NCBI GenBank assembly: GCA_034003325.1 | Contig: JAVEYW010000002.1 | Location: forward strand, 315,662-379,661 | DNA length: 64,000 nt | Reading direction: 5' to 3' | From: Desulfobacterales bacterium | Lineage (GTDB): Bacteria; Desulfobacterota; Desulfobacteria; Desulfobacterales; JAFDDL01 | Notes under the pieces: generated by a model | Database searches by the model: none | The model's input: only the letters and a program-made list of their open reading frames with translations | Told to the model about the DNA's origin: nothing | In this document: piece by piece, positions 53,862 through 64,000 of the stretch | How the letters are laid out: every line of letters starts with the position of its first letter | Position numbering within the stretch: position 1 is the first letter of the stretch | Made by a program: the position numbers and the translations under genes

Positions 53862-56297
53862 TTAAATCAGCGGTGTTTCTTTGGGCGCTTCTTTTCCAGC
53901 TATATCCATAGGGATATCAACTTGTTGAAATGCAATTTGGCCCTCTTTTGTGATCAGTGCATATGAGAGAACCTCATCCATATGTTCCACTGGTAGAATT
54001 TCTATCTGTTTGGAAATGCTACCCGGAATGTCTTTGAGGTCTTTTTCGTTTTCTTTGGGAATGATGACTTTTTTAATTCCCCCCCTGTGTGCGGCAAGCA
54101 CTTTTTCTTTTAAGCCGCCAATCGGCAGCACCCGGCCCCGAAGGGTGATTTCGCCGGTCATGGCAATTTCATGGCGCACGGGACTTCTGGTCAGTGCCGA
54201 AGTGATGGCGGTACACATGGAGATACCGGCAGAAGGACCGTCTTTGGGAATGGCGCCTTCCGGAATGTGAATATGAATATCGACCTTTTTATTAAACGCC
54301 TTATCGAGCTTCAAATTCTCGGCGCGGGAGCGCACATAGCTTACGGCAGCCTGGGCCGATTCTTTCATGACATCACCGAGCTTGCCGGTGATGATCAGAT
54401 CGCCTTTTCCCGGCATAATCAACGCTTCCACGCAGAGCAGCTCACCGCCCACCTGTGTCCAGGCCAATCCGGTCACCATACCGATCTGGTCGGTTTCCTC
54501 TACCTGGCCATGCTTGAAACGTGCGGGCCCCAAGTACTTTTGTATGGAGTTGGTGTTGACGGAAAAAACACTCTTTTCACCGCGTTTCAGCGCCTCGCGG
54601 GCTATCTTTCGGCAGATGGCCGCGATTTCACGTTCCAGGTTTCTGACTCCCGCTTCCCGGGTGTAGGCGCGAATGATGGTCATGACCGCATTTTTAGAGA
54701 ACTGAAGCTGAATGTTTTCAAGCCCGTTGGCGCTGATCTGTTTGGGAATCAGAAAATGTTCGGCGATGCTGTATTTTTCCAATTCCGTGTAACCCGGTAG
54801 CCGAATAACTTCCATTCGATCCTGAAGCGGCAGCGGAATATCCGGAAGGGTATTGGCCGTGGTGATAAACAGAATATCGGAAAGATCATAGTCGACATCA
54901 AGATAGTGGTCGTTGAAATTGTAGTTTTGTTCCGGATCGAGAACTTCCAGCAGCGCCGCGGACGGATCCCCCCTGAAATCCATACTCATTTTATCCACTT
55001 CATCGAGGCAAAAGACCGGGTTGTTGACGCCGATCTTTTTAAGGGATTGAATAATTTTTCCGGGCAGCGCGCCAATGTAGGTACGTCGATGCCCCCGAAT
55101 TTCGGCTTCATCGCGGACACCCCCCAGGGATAGGCGAACAAATTGCCTTCCCGTGGCTCGGGCCACGGACTTTGCCAGAGAGGTTTTTCCAACGCCCGGC
55201 GGGCCGACAAGACATAAAATCGGTCCCCGAATTTTCTTTACCAGGGATTGTACCGCCAGATATTCCAGTATGCGCTCTTTGGGCTTTTCAAGGCCGTAAT
55301 GGTCTTCGTTTAAAATTTCCTCAGCCTTGTCTATATCTTTTTGAACCCTGCTTTTTTCGAACCAGGGCAGGCTGATCAACCAGTCGATGTAATTGCGCAC
55401 CACGGTGGCTTCAGCGGACATGGGTGTCATGAGTTTGAGTTTTTTAAACTCCTGGCGGACTTTCATGGCCGCTTCTTTGGAAAGCTTCTTTCGTTTGATG
55501 CGTTTTTCCAGCTCGTTGAGCTCGTCGGCCATATCATCATCGGAGCCCATCTCCTTTTTGATCGCCCGCATCTGCTCATTCAAATAATAATTCTTCTGGG
55601 TCTTCTCCATCTGCTTTTTGACGCGCCCTTTAATACGCTGATCCACCTGAAAAATCTCGGTTTCAAGTTTAATCAGCTCCACCAGAATTTCCAGCCGTCT
55701 AGCAGGCGAGACGGTTTCGAGCAAGCGTTGCTTATCCGGAATTTTAAATGAAAAATGAGCTGCCACCGTATCTGATAGCCGCGAAGGATCGGTAATGGCA
55801 TTGATGTTCCGTATAAGGTCTTTGGAGATGCTTTTATCGAGTTTGGCGTAATTTTCAAAGCTTTCTAACGTCGCCCGGCATAAGACCTCAATTTCAACCT
55901 TGGATTCATCGGGAGAGAGCAAGGGCTCGACTTCAACCCGAAAAAAGTCGCTTCCGGGGATAAACTGATGAATCATTGCGCGTTGCTTGCCCTCTACGAG
56001 TGCTTTGACGGTTCCATCCGGAAGCCGAAGCAACTGCAGTACCGAGCCGATGGTGCCGATCGTATTAATGTCTTTCTCTTTCGGCTGATCGATGCCCGCC
56101 TTTCTTTGCGTGGATAAAAAGACGTGTTTGTCCCGGTTCATGGCATCCGTAAGTGCTTTTACGGATTTATCGCGGCCGACAAAAAGCGGAGCGACCATGT
56201 GAGGGAAGACAACAATATCTCTCAGCGGCAGCAGGGGAAGGATTTCCCTGGCCGGCACGGTGTCATCCTGTTTGAAAAATTTGGGTATAGTTACCAT
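53862..56297 (-). CDS. lon: ATP-dependent protease Lon
   Basis: The product is 811 aa with '[23 protein letters not shown]', the Walker A 'GPPGVGKTS', and the protease domain '[15 protein letters not shown]'. Confidence 0.97.
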   Translation of the reverse strand: MVTIPKFFKQDDTVPAREILPLLPLRDIVVFPHMVAPLFVGRDKSVKALTDAMNRDKHVFLSTQRKAGIDQPKEKDINTIGTIGSVLQLLRLPDGTVKALVEGKQRAMIHQFIPGSDFFRVEVEPLLSPDESKVEIEVLCRATLESFENYAKLDKSISKDLIRNINAITDPSRLSDTVAAHFSFKIPDKQRLLETVSPARRLEILVELIKLETEIFQVDQRIKGRVKKQMEKTQKNYYLNEQMRAIKKEMGSDDDMADELNELEKRIKRKKLSKEAAMKVRQEFKKLKLMTPMSAEATVVRNYIDWLISLPWFEKSRVQKDIDKAEEILNEDHYGLEKPKERILEYLAVQSLVKKIRGPILCLVGPPGVGKTSLAKSVARATGRQFVRLSLGGVRDEAEIRGHRRTYIGALPGKIIQSLKKIGVNNPVFCLDEVDKMSMDFRGDPSAALLEVLDPEQNYNFNDHYLDVDYDLSDILFITTANTLPDIPLPLQDRMEVIRLPGYTELEKYSIAEHFLIPKQISANGLENIQLQFSKNAVMTIIRAYTREAGVRNLEREIAAICRKIAREALKRGEKSVFSVNTNSIQKYLGPARFKHGQVEETDQIGMVTGLAWTQVGGELLCVEALIMPGKGDLIITGKLGDVMKESAQAAVSYVRSRAENLKLDKAFNKKVDIHIHIPEGAIPKDGPSAGISMCTAITSALTRSPVRHEIAMTGEITLRGRVLPIGGLKEKVLAAHRGGIKKVIIPKENEKDLKDIPGSISKQIEILPVEHMDEVLSYALITKEGQIAFQQVDIPMDIAGKEAPKETPLI

Positions 56298-56315
56298 TGT
56301 CCCCTACGGCAATCT

Positions 56316-57560
56316 TCAAGCCTGTTTTTGGGTTTGCTCATAAAGCAGTATCGGCTGTTCCTTGTGCAGAATGACATCTTCTCCGATGACGCATTCTTTC
56401 ACATTTTCGATGGAAGGAATTTCATACATGATTTCGAGCATGCTTTCTTCTATAATGGCGCGAAGCCCGCGTGCGCCGGATTTGCGCTTGATCGCCTCGG
56501 AGGCCACCGCTGTTAACGCACTGTCCGTGAACCTTAAATTGACCCCTTCCAGTTCAAACAACTTTTTGAATTGTTTGATCAGGGCATTTTTGGGTTCGGT
56601 GAGGATTCGCACGAGGGCCGGCTCATTTAGCTCTCCCAAGGTGGCGACAACGGGCAGTCGTCCTAAAAATTCCGGAATGAGGCCATATTTGATCAGGTCT
56701 TCGGACTGAACCATCTGCAGGGTCTCACCGGGGGTGCGGTCGCTTTTTTTAACGATTTTGGCGCCGAAGCCTAGAGATTTAGCCCCAAGGCGGCGTTCGA
56801 TAATCTTATCGAGCCCGTTGAAGGTGCCTCCGCAGATAAACAAAATGTTGGTGGTATCCACCTTCACAAAATCCTGCTGGGGATGCTTTCGGCCACCTTT
56901 GGGTGGAACGCTGGCCGTGGTGCCTTCGATGATTTTAAGCAGCGCCTGTTGCACACCCTCGCCTGATACATCCCTTGTTATGGACGGGTTGTCCGATTTG
57001 CTGGCAATTTTGTCGATTTCATCAATGTAGACAATGCCGCGTTTGGCTTTTTCAACATCATAGTCGGCTTTCTGAAGCAGGGATAAAATGATGTTTTCAA
57101 CATCCTCGCCGACATAACCGGCTTCCGTGAGGCTGGTGGCATCGGCAATGGTAAACGGAACGTTTAAAAAACGTGCCAGGGTTTGGGCCAGAAGCGTTTT
57201 TCCACATCCGGTGGGGCCGATCAAAAGGATGTTGCTTTTTTGGAGTTCAACATCGCCCGTGTTGACCATGGTGTCAAGCCGCTTGTAATGGTTGTGAACG
57301 GCGACTGCCAGAACTTTTTTAGCGGCATCCTGTTCGATGACATATTCATCGAGTTTCGCTTTAATATCTTTTGGCAACAGGGAGTGTACCAGCTTTTGGG
57401 CGTCTTTCTCGCTTTCTTCATCAATAATTTCGCCACAAAGCTGAATACATTCATCGCAGATATAGACCGCGGGGCCGGCAATGAGCTTTTTTACTTCTTT
57501 CTGATTTTTTCCGCAAAAAGAGCAAAAAAGGTTGTCACCAGCGTCTCCTTTTTTGGCCAT
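56316..57560 (-). CDS. clpX: ATP-dependent Clp protease ATP-binding subunit ClpX
   Basis: It has the Zn finger '[27 protein letters not shown]', the Walker A '[11 protein letters not shown]', and 'IFICGGTF'. Confidence 0.97.
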   Translation of the reverse strand: MAKKGDAGDNLFCSFCGKNQKEVKKLIAGPAVYICDECIQLCGEIIDEESEKDAQKLVHSLLPKDIKAKLDEYVIEQDAAKKVLAVAVHNHYKRLDTMVNTGDVELQKSNILLIGPTGCGKTLLAQTLARFLNVPFTIADATSLTEAGYVGEDVENIILSLLQKADYDVEKAKRGIVYIDEIDKIASKSDNPSITRDVSGEGVQQALLKIIEGTTASVPPKGGRKHPQQDFVKVDTTNILFICGGTFNGLDKIIERRLGAKSLGFGAKIVKKSDRTPGETLQMVQSEDLIKYGLIPEFLGRLPVVATLGELNEPALVRILTEPKNALIKQFKKLFELEGVNLRFTDSALTAVASEAIKRKSGARGLRAIIEESMLEIMYEIPSIENVKECVIGEDVILHKEQPILLYEQTQKQA

Positions 57561-57698
57561 GTTATACCTCCGTTGGTTGTTTTGGAACCAACCGCGCGCT
57601 GAGCAAACGGTTGTAATCTTAATTAATTAGAGACAGTTCGTCTCTTTCCCCTTGGCGGTTTTCGGCCCCAAGGGCTGCCCGCCCGCATGGAAGGGCGG

Positions 57699-58301
57699 TC
57701 ACGCTATTTTGTCCAGATCATCCCGATTGGTGATAACATGATCAATAAGGCCATATTCCTTGGCTTCCAGGCCCGACATGAAAAAATCACGATCTGTATC
57801 CGTTTGAATCGCTGTGATATCTTTGCCCGTATGAGACGCCAGAATCTGGTTCAGTGTTTCTTTCATTCGCAGAATTTCTTTGGCCTGTATGGCAATATCG
57901 GATGCCTGCCCCTGAAAGCCGCCCATGGGTTGATGAATAAGAATTCTGGAATTGGGCAGGGAATAACGTTTGCCAGCCTTGCCAGCGGCAAGCAGCACAG
58001 CTCCCATGCTGGCGGCTTGACCGATGCAGACGGTCGCGATGTCGGGTTTGATGTATTGCATCGTGTCATAGATCGCCATGCCGGCGGTTACCACGCCACC
58101 TGGAGAATTAATATAAAAATTAATATCTTTATCGGGATCTTCCGACTCCAGGAAAAGCAACTGGGCGATCAGGAGATTGGCGACTTCATCATTGATGGCC
58201 GTGCCCAGGAAAATAATTCTGTCTTTGAGAAGTCTGGAATAAATGTCGTAGGCGCGCTCGCCCCGACTGCTCTGTTCGATGACCATGGGTATTAACGGCA
58301 C
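57699..58301 (-). CDS. clpP: ATP-dependent Clp protease proteolytic subunit ClpP
   Basis: Translation shows '[27 protein letters not shown]', '[11 protein letters not shown]' and 'RILIHQP'. Confidence 0.97.
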   Translation of the reverse strand: MPLIPMVIEQSSRGERAYDIYSRLLKDRIIFLGTAINDEVANLLIAQLLFLESEDPDKDINFYINSPGGVVTAGMAIYDTMQYIKPDIATVCIGQAASMGAVLLAAGKAGKRYSLPNSRILIHQPMGGFQGQASDIAIQAKEILRMKETLNQILASHTGKDITAIQTDTDRDFFMSGLEAKEYGLIDHVITNRDDLDKIA

Positions 58302-58407
58302 AAAGTCCTCCTTTTATCAGTACGCCTTCAGGAAAAGGCCAATAACATTTTAACCAGCATATCGCTTTATTTGGGTTGGAGCAACAAAACGTTGCGCCAA
58401 CCCCTGA

Positions 58408-59730
58408 TTATGGGGTGTCCGTTTCAGCCGTTTCATCCGGCGCAACTGTTTCAACCTCATTATTATCAATTATAAGTTGTATGGCCTTTTTTTCAAGCAG
58501 GGTTTCTTTAAAAAACGATAAACGGTCTGGCTGCGAGACAAAAAATTTCTTCAGTTCCTCGAACGGTTGCTGATAGGCATCCGCCATCTCGCGAATGCCG
58601 TTGTCGGTCTCATCCTCAGCGACGGTCAGCTTTTCCTGGGAAACGATTTTGGATAGAATCATATGCCTGCGCGCCTGTTTTTCGGCAACATCATGGTATG
58701 TTTTGGCCATCATATCCCTTGAGAGTCCAACTTCTTCCAATGTGAGATTGCGTTGGGCAAAGGATCGTTCCGTATCCGAAATGATATGATCCAATTCATA
58801 CTCAATGAGCGGGGCGGGTACTTCAAACGAGGATTTTTCAATCAGGCTTGTAAAGATTTGTTCGTTGAGTTCCTGTTCCGTGCGCTTTTCATACCCTTGA
58901 TTGAGGTTGTCGCGAATGGTTTGTTTAAGGTTTTCCAAGGATTCAAAAGGCCCCAGTTTTTTAGCCAATTCATCATCTATGGCGGGCAGGAGTTCTTCCC
59001 TGATTTCATTGAGGGTCACTTGAAAATCAACGGTTTGACCGGCGAGCTTTTCATTGGCATGATCATCGGGAAATGTTACCCGAATTTCTTTGCTTTCTCC
59101 CGCATTCATACCGGGAATCTGATCGTCAATTTCCTTGGCGATAATGTTTTTTCCCAGCTCCATCGTGAAATTTTCAGTTTTTTGGGTTTCGCTGAATGGC
59201 TTGCCGTCCTGAAACCCCTCATAATCAATTAGCAAAAAATCACCGGTTTGAGCGGGACGAGCCGTTTCGATGGGTTTAAGCTGTGCCATATTTTTCTGCA
59301 GCATCTTCAGTTGCCGTTCCACCGATTCGTCATCCACGGTATAGTTCGTTTTTTTCAGCGTCAAGCCCTTGAAATCAATATCGGCGATTTCAGGATGAAC
59401 ATCTACCACGGCATCATATTTATACGGGCCGGATGGGTCGAGTTCCGGGGGGTCGATTTCCGGCGTGCCGATGATATTCAAGTCGCTCTGCTTTAAAGCA
59501 TCCATGAAAGAGGTTTGAATAAGTTTAGCGGAAACATCGGAATGGACGTCCTTGCCATAAAGCCTTTCCAAAACACCGCGGGGCGCCTTGCCGGGGCGAA
59601 AGCCTTTGACTTTAGCTGTTTTTTTTAAATCATTATAGGCACTATCCAGCTCTTGTTTGATTTTATCGGCGGAAAGCTCAATATGTAAAATCTTTTTAAC
59701 AGAGCTTACGTCCTCAAGTGATACTTGCAT
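58408..59730 (-). CDS. tig: trigger factor
   Basis: 'MQVSLEDVSSVKKILHIEL...VKGFRPGKAPRGVLERLYG' matches trigger factor and the gene sits upstream of clpPX-lon. The track ORF extends to 59778. Confidence 0.95.
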   Translation of the reverse strand: MQVSLEDVSSVKKILHIELSADKIKQELDSAYNDLKKTAKVKGFRPGKAPRGVLERLYGKDVHSDVSAKLIQTSFMDALKQSDLNIIGTPEIDPPELDPSGPYKYDAVVDVHPEIADIDFKGLTLKKTNYTVDDESVERQLKMLQKNMAQLKPIETARPAQTGDFLLIDYEGFQDGKPFSETQKTENFTMELGKNIIAKEIDDQIPGMNAGESKEIRVTFPDDHANEKLAGQTVDFQVTLNEIREELLPAIDDELAKKLGPFESLENLKQTIRDNLNQGYEKRTEQELNEQIFTSLIEKSSFEVPAPLIEYELDHIISDTERSFAQRNLTLEEVGLSRDMMAKTYHDVAEKQARRHMILSKIVSQEKLTVAEDETDNGIREMADAYQQPFEELKKFFVSQPDRLSFFKETLLEKKAIQLIIDNNEVETVAPDETAETDTP

Positions 59731-59809
59731 GATCATCCTTTCTTGGCGGCCTTTAACAGCCAAATGCCTGAAGCGCATCGTCCTCAGGCATTCTGGAAAA
59801 AAAATGGTT

Positions 59810-59896
59810 TGGTGCGAGAGGGGAGACTTGAACTCCCATTCTGTTGCCAGAGCTGGATCCTAAGTCCAGTGCGTCTACCAATTCCGCCACTCTCGC
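59810..59896 (-). tRNA. tRNA-Leu (anticodon UAG), class II long variable arm, CCA encoded
   Basis: Hand-folded: GCGAGAG-TG-GCGGAATTGGTAGACGC-A-CTGGA-CTTAGGA-TCCAG-(variable arm CTCTGGCAACAGAAT)-GGGAG-TTCAAGT-CTCCC-CTCTCGC-A-CCA. Confidence 0.9.
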
Positions 59897-60432
59897 AAAG
59901 AGTTGTTCTGCTATTGTGTCAATTTCAAAAAACAGTCTATAATATTTTAACAGGCGGCATTCTGCATTCGGCGGTATCTATAACTGCGTGGGTACCGATT
60001 TTCATCGAGTTTGCAGTGAACCGATGGGAGAAAAAGGATCCTTTCATTTTTTACCCAAGGGAACCCTTCCGCGAGGAGAGGATTGCCGCAAAGCCGCGAA
60101 GATGAACAGAGAATGGCGCCAGCACCTTGACTTTATTGGAAAATATAATAAATAGTCAACAAAGTGCCATTCGGAAAATAATATCAAACCCGGTTGGTGT
60201 CAAGAAAATTTAGAAAGCGCTTGTTATGTCAAGATATTGTAAAAAAGATAACCAGCCGTTGGGTATCCGATATACCATACTGCCTGTTTTGCTGCCGTTT
60301 ATTATGAGGTGCCCGCAAAGCGGATATTTTCAAGCGAGGCGGCGGTGAATTGCGCCCTTGATCCGGTCGATTATCTCGTCAATAGACTTGCGCCAATAAT
60401 AAAAGCATGGTAACAACCCGGCCCGTATATGT

Positions 60433-60509
<77 letters not shown>

Positions 60510-60615
60510 GTAAAATCAATGGCTTGCGGTTAATTCGTAAGCCTTTTTTATTGGTTTTCTGATTGGGGAAATAGTCAATTTTTCCCTGGTTGACGGGCTT
60601 CGGATGATAGAAATT

Positions 60616-61713
60616 ATGACACGCCGGAAGTTTATTAACCATATGGTACGGGGAATGCAGTCTCTGGTGATGATGCGGCTGCTGGCGCCTTTAACGTCGA
60701 TAGGTGCGTCCCGTGATGCGGCAGAGATACCCGCGCATTATACGCCGCTGAGCGGGCGCAGTTTAAAAGAGTTGGCGCTAAAAAAACTGCATCACGGCAA
60801 CGGCCGCTTTTTAAACCCCTTCGGAGTCCCACTGAAAGGACGGTTCTGGGAATTAATCCGATGGAAATTCAGTGGCAATGCGTTTGAAAAGTTTATCGAC
60901 GAACAACCGATCCAACCGATCGACATCAATTGGCTGCCTGTCATAAATCACTCGGGTCTCTCCATCACTTTCCTGAAACACGCCGGGCTGATAATAAAAG
61001 ACCGTGAACAAACCTATTATATTGATCCGGTATTTGATGATATCGGGTTCTTTTTAAAAGATTTCACTCCGCGTCAGTTTGGCTTGAGGCAGATTCCCGA
61101 GGCCAACCACATTTTGATCACCCATGGTCATTTTGATCATCTGGATACCGGTTCTTTAAGACATTTTGAATCGGGTACGCATGTGATCAGCCCCCTGGGA
61201 TACGACGGTGTGTTCCGCCACCTGGGAATGAAAAACCGCAGCCGGTTGGATTGGTACGAAACAATCGAAAGCGACAAACGGCGAGTGACATTATTACCTT
61301 CCAATCACTGGACGATGCGCAATCCGCTGGAAGGCCCCAATCGGTCCCTGTGGGGCTCGTTCCTGCTTGAAACCCAAAGCGGATTCACTATTTATGTGTC
61401 AGGCGATACGGCCTATTTTGACGGTTTCGAGCAGATCGGCGATCAATTCGATATTGATCTTGCCATCTTCAATCTGGGGGCCTATGAGCCTCGCTGGTTT
61501 ATGGCCCAGAGCCACACCAACCCGATGGAGACGGTGCAGGCCTTTACCGAATTAAAGGCCAAGCGCTTGATGATTGTGCATTGGGGAACCTTCCAGTTGG
61601 GAGATGAGCCGGTACATTTTCCGCCACGTGATATAAAAATGGCTCTCCAAAAAGAGGGCTTGCTGGACCGTCTGATTGATATAAAACACGGTGAAACATT
61701 TTTTGTCGATTAG
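60616..61713 (+). CDS. MBL-fold metallo-hydrolase with Tat-like signal peptide
   Basis: It has 'MTRRKFINHMVRG' and the metal motif 'ILITHGHFDHLD'. The overall look is NAPE-PLD / beta-lactamase-fold. Confidence 0.8.
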   Translation: MTRRKFINHMVRGMQSLVMMRLLAPLTSIGASRDAAEIPAHYTPLSGRSLKELALKKLHHGNGRFLNPFGVPLKGRFWELIRWKFSGNAFEKFIDEQPIQPIDINWLPVINHSGLSITFLKHAGLIIKDREQTYYIDPVFDDIGFFLKDFTPRQFGLRQIPEANHILITHGHFDHLDTGSLRHFESGTHVISPLGYDGVFRHLGMKNRSRLDWYETIESDKRRVTLLPSNHWTMRNPLEGPNRSLWGSFLLETQSGFTIYVSGDTAYFDGFEQIGDQFDIDLAIFNLGAYEPRWFMAQSHTNPMETVQAFTELKAKRLMIVHWGTFQLGDEPVHFPPRDIKMALQKEGLLDRLIDIKHGETFFVD

Positions 61714-62226
61714 GCGATTGTCCCCCCACCGTGTGTTTGTGGTCATTGCGACAAAGCGCGCTTATTCAGAGGAGACACTATCTTTACCGGTGCTTAGGTC
61801 GATAGACCGTTTCAAGAATACCTGTCCGTCAACAATGGCATACAGATTCTCACAGCTCACCTTGCTGAAAAACACAACCCCGCCTTTAGTGGTGGTTAAT
61901 CGGCGAAGCCTCGCGATCTTCTCGATCTGAATTTTTTCAACCCCCTAAAGATTCAATTTGCCAAAGCATCGTTGATTTCAGAGCGTTCCATGCGCCACCT
62001 CTCGCTTGATGAGTTGTTGGCGCCAATGGCAGTGGAATTTTGACGCTGCTTCAACTTGCTCGTTTCCCCCGCACGTCACAGGGACATTGACCGGCAGCTT
62101 TTTTTTCGACAACTTGTGGCATTTTTATTGCATTATCTCTTACAAACAATTTGGTCTTTACTTACCGAGCTTGTAACAGGTATAGTCATGGGCCATATAC
62201 CGCCGTCCTCAAGGATAAAAGGAACT

Positions 62227-62790
62227 ATGCGATTCGGAGATAACTTCAAATACAGCCGTCGGCATTTCTTGAAAATCGGATTTTTCGCGTCGTGCGCCTT
62301 GTTCAGACCAGTCAGCCTTTTTGCCGGAGCAGCCCATAAAGCCCTCCCCGAAAGATCCCTTGCATTTTACAATACGCATACCGACGAATACCTTAAAACG
62401 GTCTATTGGGCCAATAGGCAATATCAGCCCGATGCACTGGAACAAATCAACTGTATTTTTCGCGACCACCGTTCCGGTGAAATAAAGCCTATTAGTCCGC
62501 AATTATTGGATATTCTGTATTATGTTTGCAACAAAAGTTTATCCAAAAAACCAATCCATATTATTTCAGGGTATCGATCACCCGAAACCAATGCCCTTCT
62601 TCGAAGACAAAGTGGGGGTGTCGTTAAAAAAAGTTACCACCTGAAAGGTCAGGCTATCGACTTTTGCTTGCCGGACTGCGGGCTTTCCAGGTTGCGCCGC
62701 ATTGCCATTGGTTTGAAAGCTGGTGGCGTGGGGTACTATCCTGAAAGTAATTTTGTGCATGTGGATATTGGACCTGTTCGTTCTTGGTAG
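62227..62790 (+). CDS. mepK: DUF882 (YcbK/MepK-like, peptidase M15 fold) protein with Tat signal
   Basis: Translation shows 'SRRHFLKIGFFAS', 'LAFYNTHTDE', 'ISGYRSPETNA' and 'SYHLKGQAIDF...GGVGYYPESNFVHVDIGPVRSW'. Confidence 0.8.
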   Translation: MRFGDNFKYSRRHFLKIGFFASCALFRPVSLFAGAAHKALPERSLAFYNTHTDEYLKTVYWANRQYQPDALEQINCIFRDHRSGEIKPISPQLLDILYYVCNKSLSKKPIHIISGYRSPETNALLRRQSGGVVKKSYHLKGQAIDFCLPDCGLSRLRRIAIGLKAGGVGYYPESNFVHVDIGPVRSW

Positions 62791-62805
62791 AGGAAACATC
62801 CATGT

Positions 62806-64000
62806 TCAAAGCCGCTTAGGGCGCTGTTGGGCGATGGGCTCTTTTAGCGCCGCATACAACCGGCGATCACGTCCATATACATCGTCCCTGAATTGTGCTG
62901 TTCCATCCGAATCAACCCAGGCGGTGAAATACAATATATAAACCGGAATGGGCTGCTGAATCGGAATTACCTTTGTTTCCATGCGCTTGATGGTTTCCAG
63001 TATCTTTTCGCGGGACCAATTCGAATTGTCCTTTACGAGATAGACCGCCAGGTCAACCGGATTTTCAATGCGAATACACCCTGAACTGAAATTTCGTTTC
63101 TCCCTTTTGAACAGGTGCCTCGAAGGCGTATCATGAAGATAGACACTGAATTTGTTTGGAAACATGAATTTAAATCGTCCCAGCGCATTGAAAGGCCCCG
63201 GTTCCTGCACCAGTTTGTAAGAAAAGTTCTTTTCGTTCACCTGGTGCCAGTTGACTGAATTCGGGTTGATTTCCGGCGCATTGTCTTTCCAGCTTTCGAA
63301 AACACGAATTCGCTTTTTGTTAAAAAGGTCTTTGTCCGCCCTGATTTGTGGCAGGAAATCCTCTACGGCAAGTTTGTGGGGAATCCGCCAGAAAGGGTTC
63401 AGCACCATGTAAGACAGCTGTTCCGTGAATACCGGCGTGGGCCGATAATCCTTTCCCACAACCACGCGCATTTTGAGAACCTGTGTGTCATTGTCCATCA
63501 CCCTTAGCTGAAACTGAGCGATATTGATCAGAATATGGCGGTTGCCAAGGTTACGGGGCCCCCACCGCAGGCGCTCCATATTGACCAGAATCTGCTTGAC
63601 GCGATCCGCCGCCGACACATTCAAGGCTGACAAAGTAGCCGGTCCCACAACGCCGTCCGCGGTCAGCCCATATCTTTTTTGAAATTTTAAAACCGCCTGT
63701 TCCATAGCGGCGCCGAAGATTTCGGAATCAGATTCTTCGGTCGGGTTCAGATCACCGGACTGGATCAACCGGATGCGCAACGCAGACACCCTTTCACCCT
63801 GATCCCCCTTCTGAATGTTAGGGCCGTGGGATATGGTGGGCCACCCGCCCTTTTCAGTTATTTGGCGGTAATCTGCAAGAGCCTTTTTCAGTCGCGAATA
63901 CTGCTCATCTTGAGGCGATAATTCATTTAACACTTCTTTAATCGCATGGTGTTTCAGGGCGTGGTTGGCGAGTTGAATGAGATCAACCTTTCGGGGATCG
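62806..64000 (-). CDS. ldtD: L,D-transpeptidase (YcbB/LdtD-like), N-terminus outside window
   Basis: A PG-binding repeat 'AVLKFQKRYGLTADGVVGPATLSALN' is followed by the YkuD catalytic 'YLHDTPSRHLFKREKRNFSSGCIRIENP'. The frame stays open upstream of the GTG at 63933 to the window edge. Confidence 0.85.
   Translation of the reverse strand, partial: DPRKVDLIQLANHALKHHAIKEVLNELSPQDEQYSRLKKALADYRQITEKGGWPTISHGPNIQKGDQGERVSALRIRLIQSGDLNPTEESDSEIFGAAMEQAVLKFQKRYGLTADGVVGPATLSALNVSAADRVKQILVNMERLRWGPRNLGNRHILINIAQFQLRVMDNDTQVLKMRVVVGKDYRPTPVFTEQLSYMVLNPFWRIPHKLAVEDFLPQIRADKDLFNKKRIRVFESWKDNAPEINPNSVNWHQVNEKNFSYKLVQEPGPFNALGRFKFMFPNKFSVYLHDTPSRHLFKREKRNFSSGCIRIENPVDLAVYLVKDNSNWSREKILETIKRMETKVIPIQQPIPVYILYFTAWVDSDGTAQFRDDVYGRDRRLYAALKEPIAQQRPKRL

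Noticed and set aside
59725-60105. A 126-aa plus-strand ORF downstream of tig.
   Set aside because: It reads through the reverse complement of tRNA-Leu (59810-59896) and the tig 5' end, with no RBS or motif.
61740-61935. A minus-strand reading 'EKIQIEKIARLRRLTTTKGGVVFFSKVSCENLYAIVDGQVFLKRSIDL...'.
   Set aside because: It is open for ~55 codons but has no usable start codon after the upstream TAG, and I recognise no family. It could be a gene fragment, but the evidence is too weak to call.

Overview
This is a 64 kb window of a bacterial chromosome, about 55% GC by eye. The gene content looks like an anaerobic Desulfobacterota/deltaproteobacterium-type organism, which is inference only. All calls come from reading the sequence and the ORF track by hand, with no database search, so start codons are approximate. 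Positions 1-29.2 kb are housekeeping: the lnt 3' end, prfB with its programmed +1 frameshift, an HD hydrolase, a ThiE-like/ThiL fusion, minCDE, HU, a ThiS-ThiF fusion and nfnAB. They are followed by tatD, a methyltransferase, a decayed radical-SAM pseudogene, a UbiA/UbiD-type prenyltransferase-decarboxylase pair, DUF218 and an aminotransferase. An 11 kb minus-strand block then holds two efflux systems (RND adaptor+pump and a YbhGFSR-like ABC system), followed by an MFS transporter. Positions 29.2-53.6 kb are a ~24.3 kb genomic island flanked by 30-34 bp direct repeats. It is inserted into the terminator hairpin beside tRNA-Asp. From left to right the island carries:
- an integrase fragment
- a Panacea(DUF4065)/MqsA-like antitoxin with an unknown partner ORF
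- a TerS-like HTH protein
- a complete type 1 BREX operon (HTH-brxA-brxB-brxC-pglX-pglZ-brxL)
- an Old-Yellow-Enzyme reductase and decayed mobile-element remnants

The BREX operon is the main target for follow-up. It is interrupted by two extra genes: a Schlafen/AlbA_2-type ATPase-HTH gene between brxC and pglX, and a DUF1016 PD-(D/E)XK nuclease between pglX and pglZ. Its BrxL ends in a MITD1-type PLD-fold domain instead of a Lon protease domain. It is followed by a phosphatase(CX5R)-ADP-ribosylglycohydrolase fusion and a NERD/zinc-finger protein. pglX also contains a G8 tract and a ~1 kb AT-rich cassette. Positions 53.6-64 kb are core again: tRNA-Asp, tRNA-Val, lon-clpX-clpP-tig, tRNA-Leu, tRNA-Pro, an MBL hydrolase, DUF882/MepK and a partial L,D-transpeptidase.
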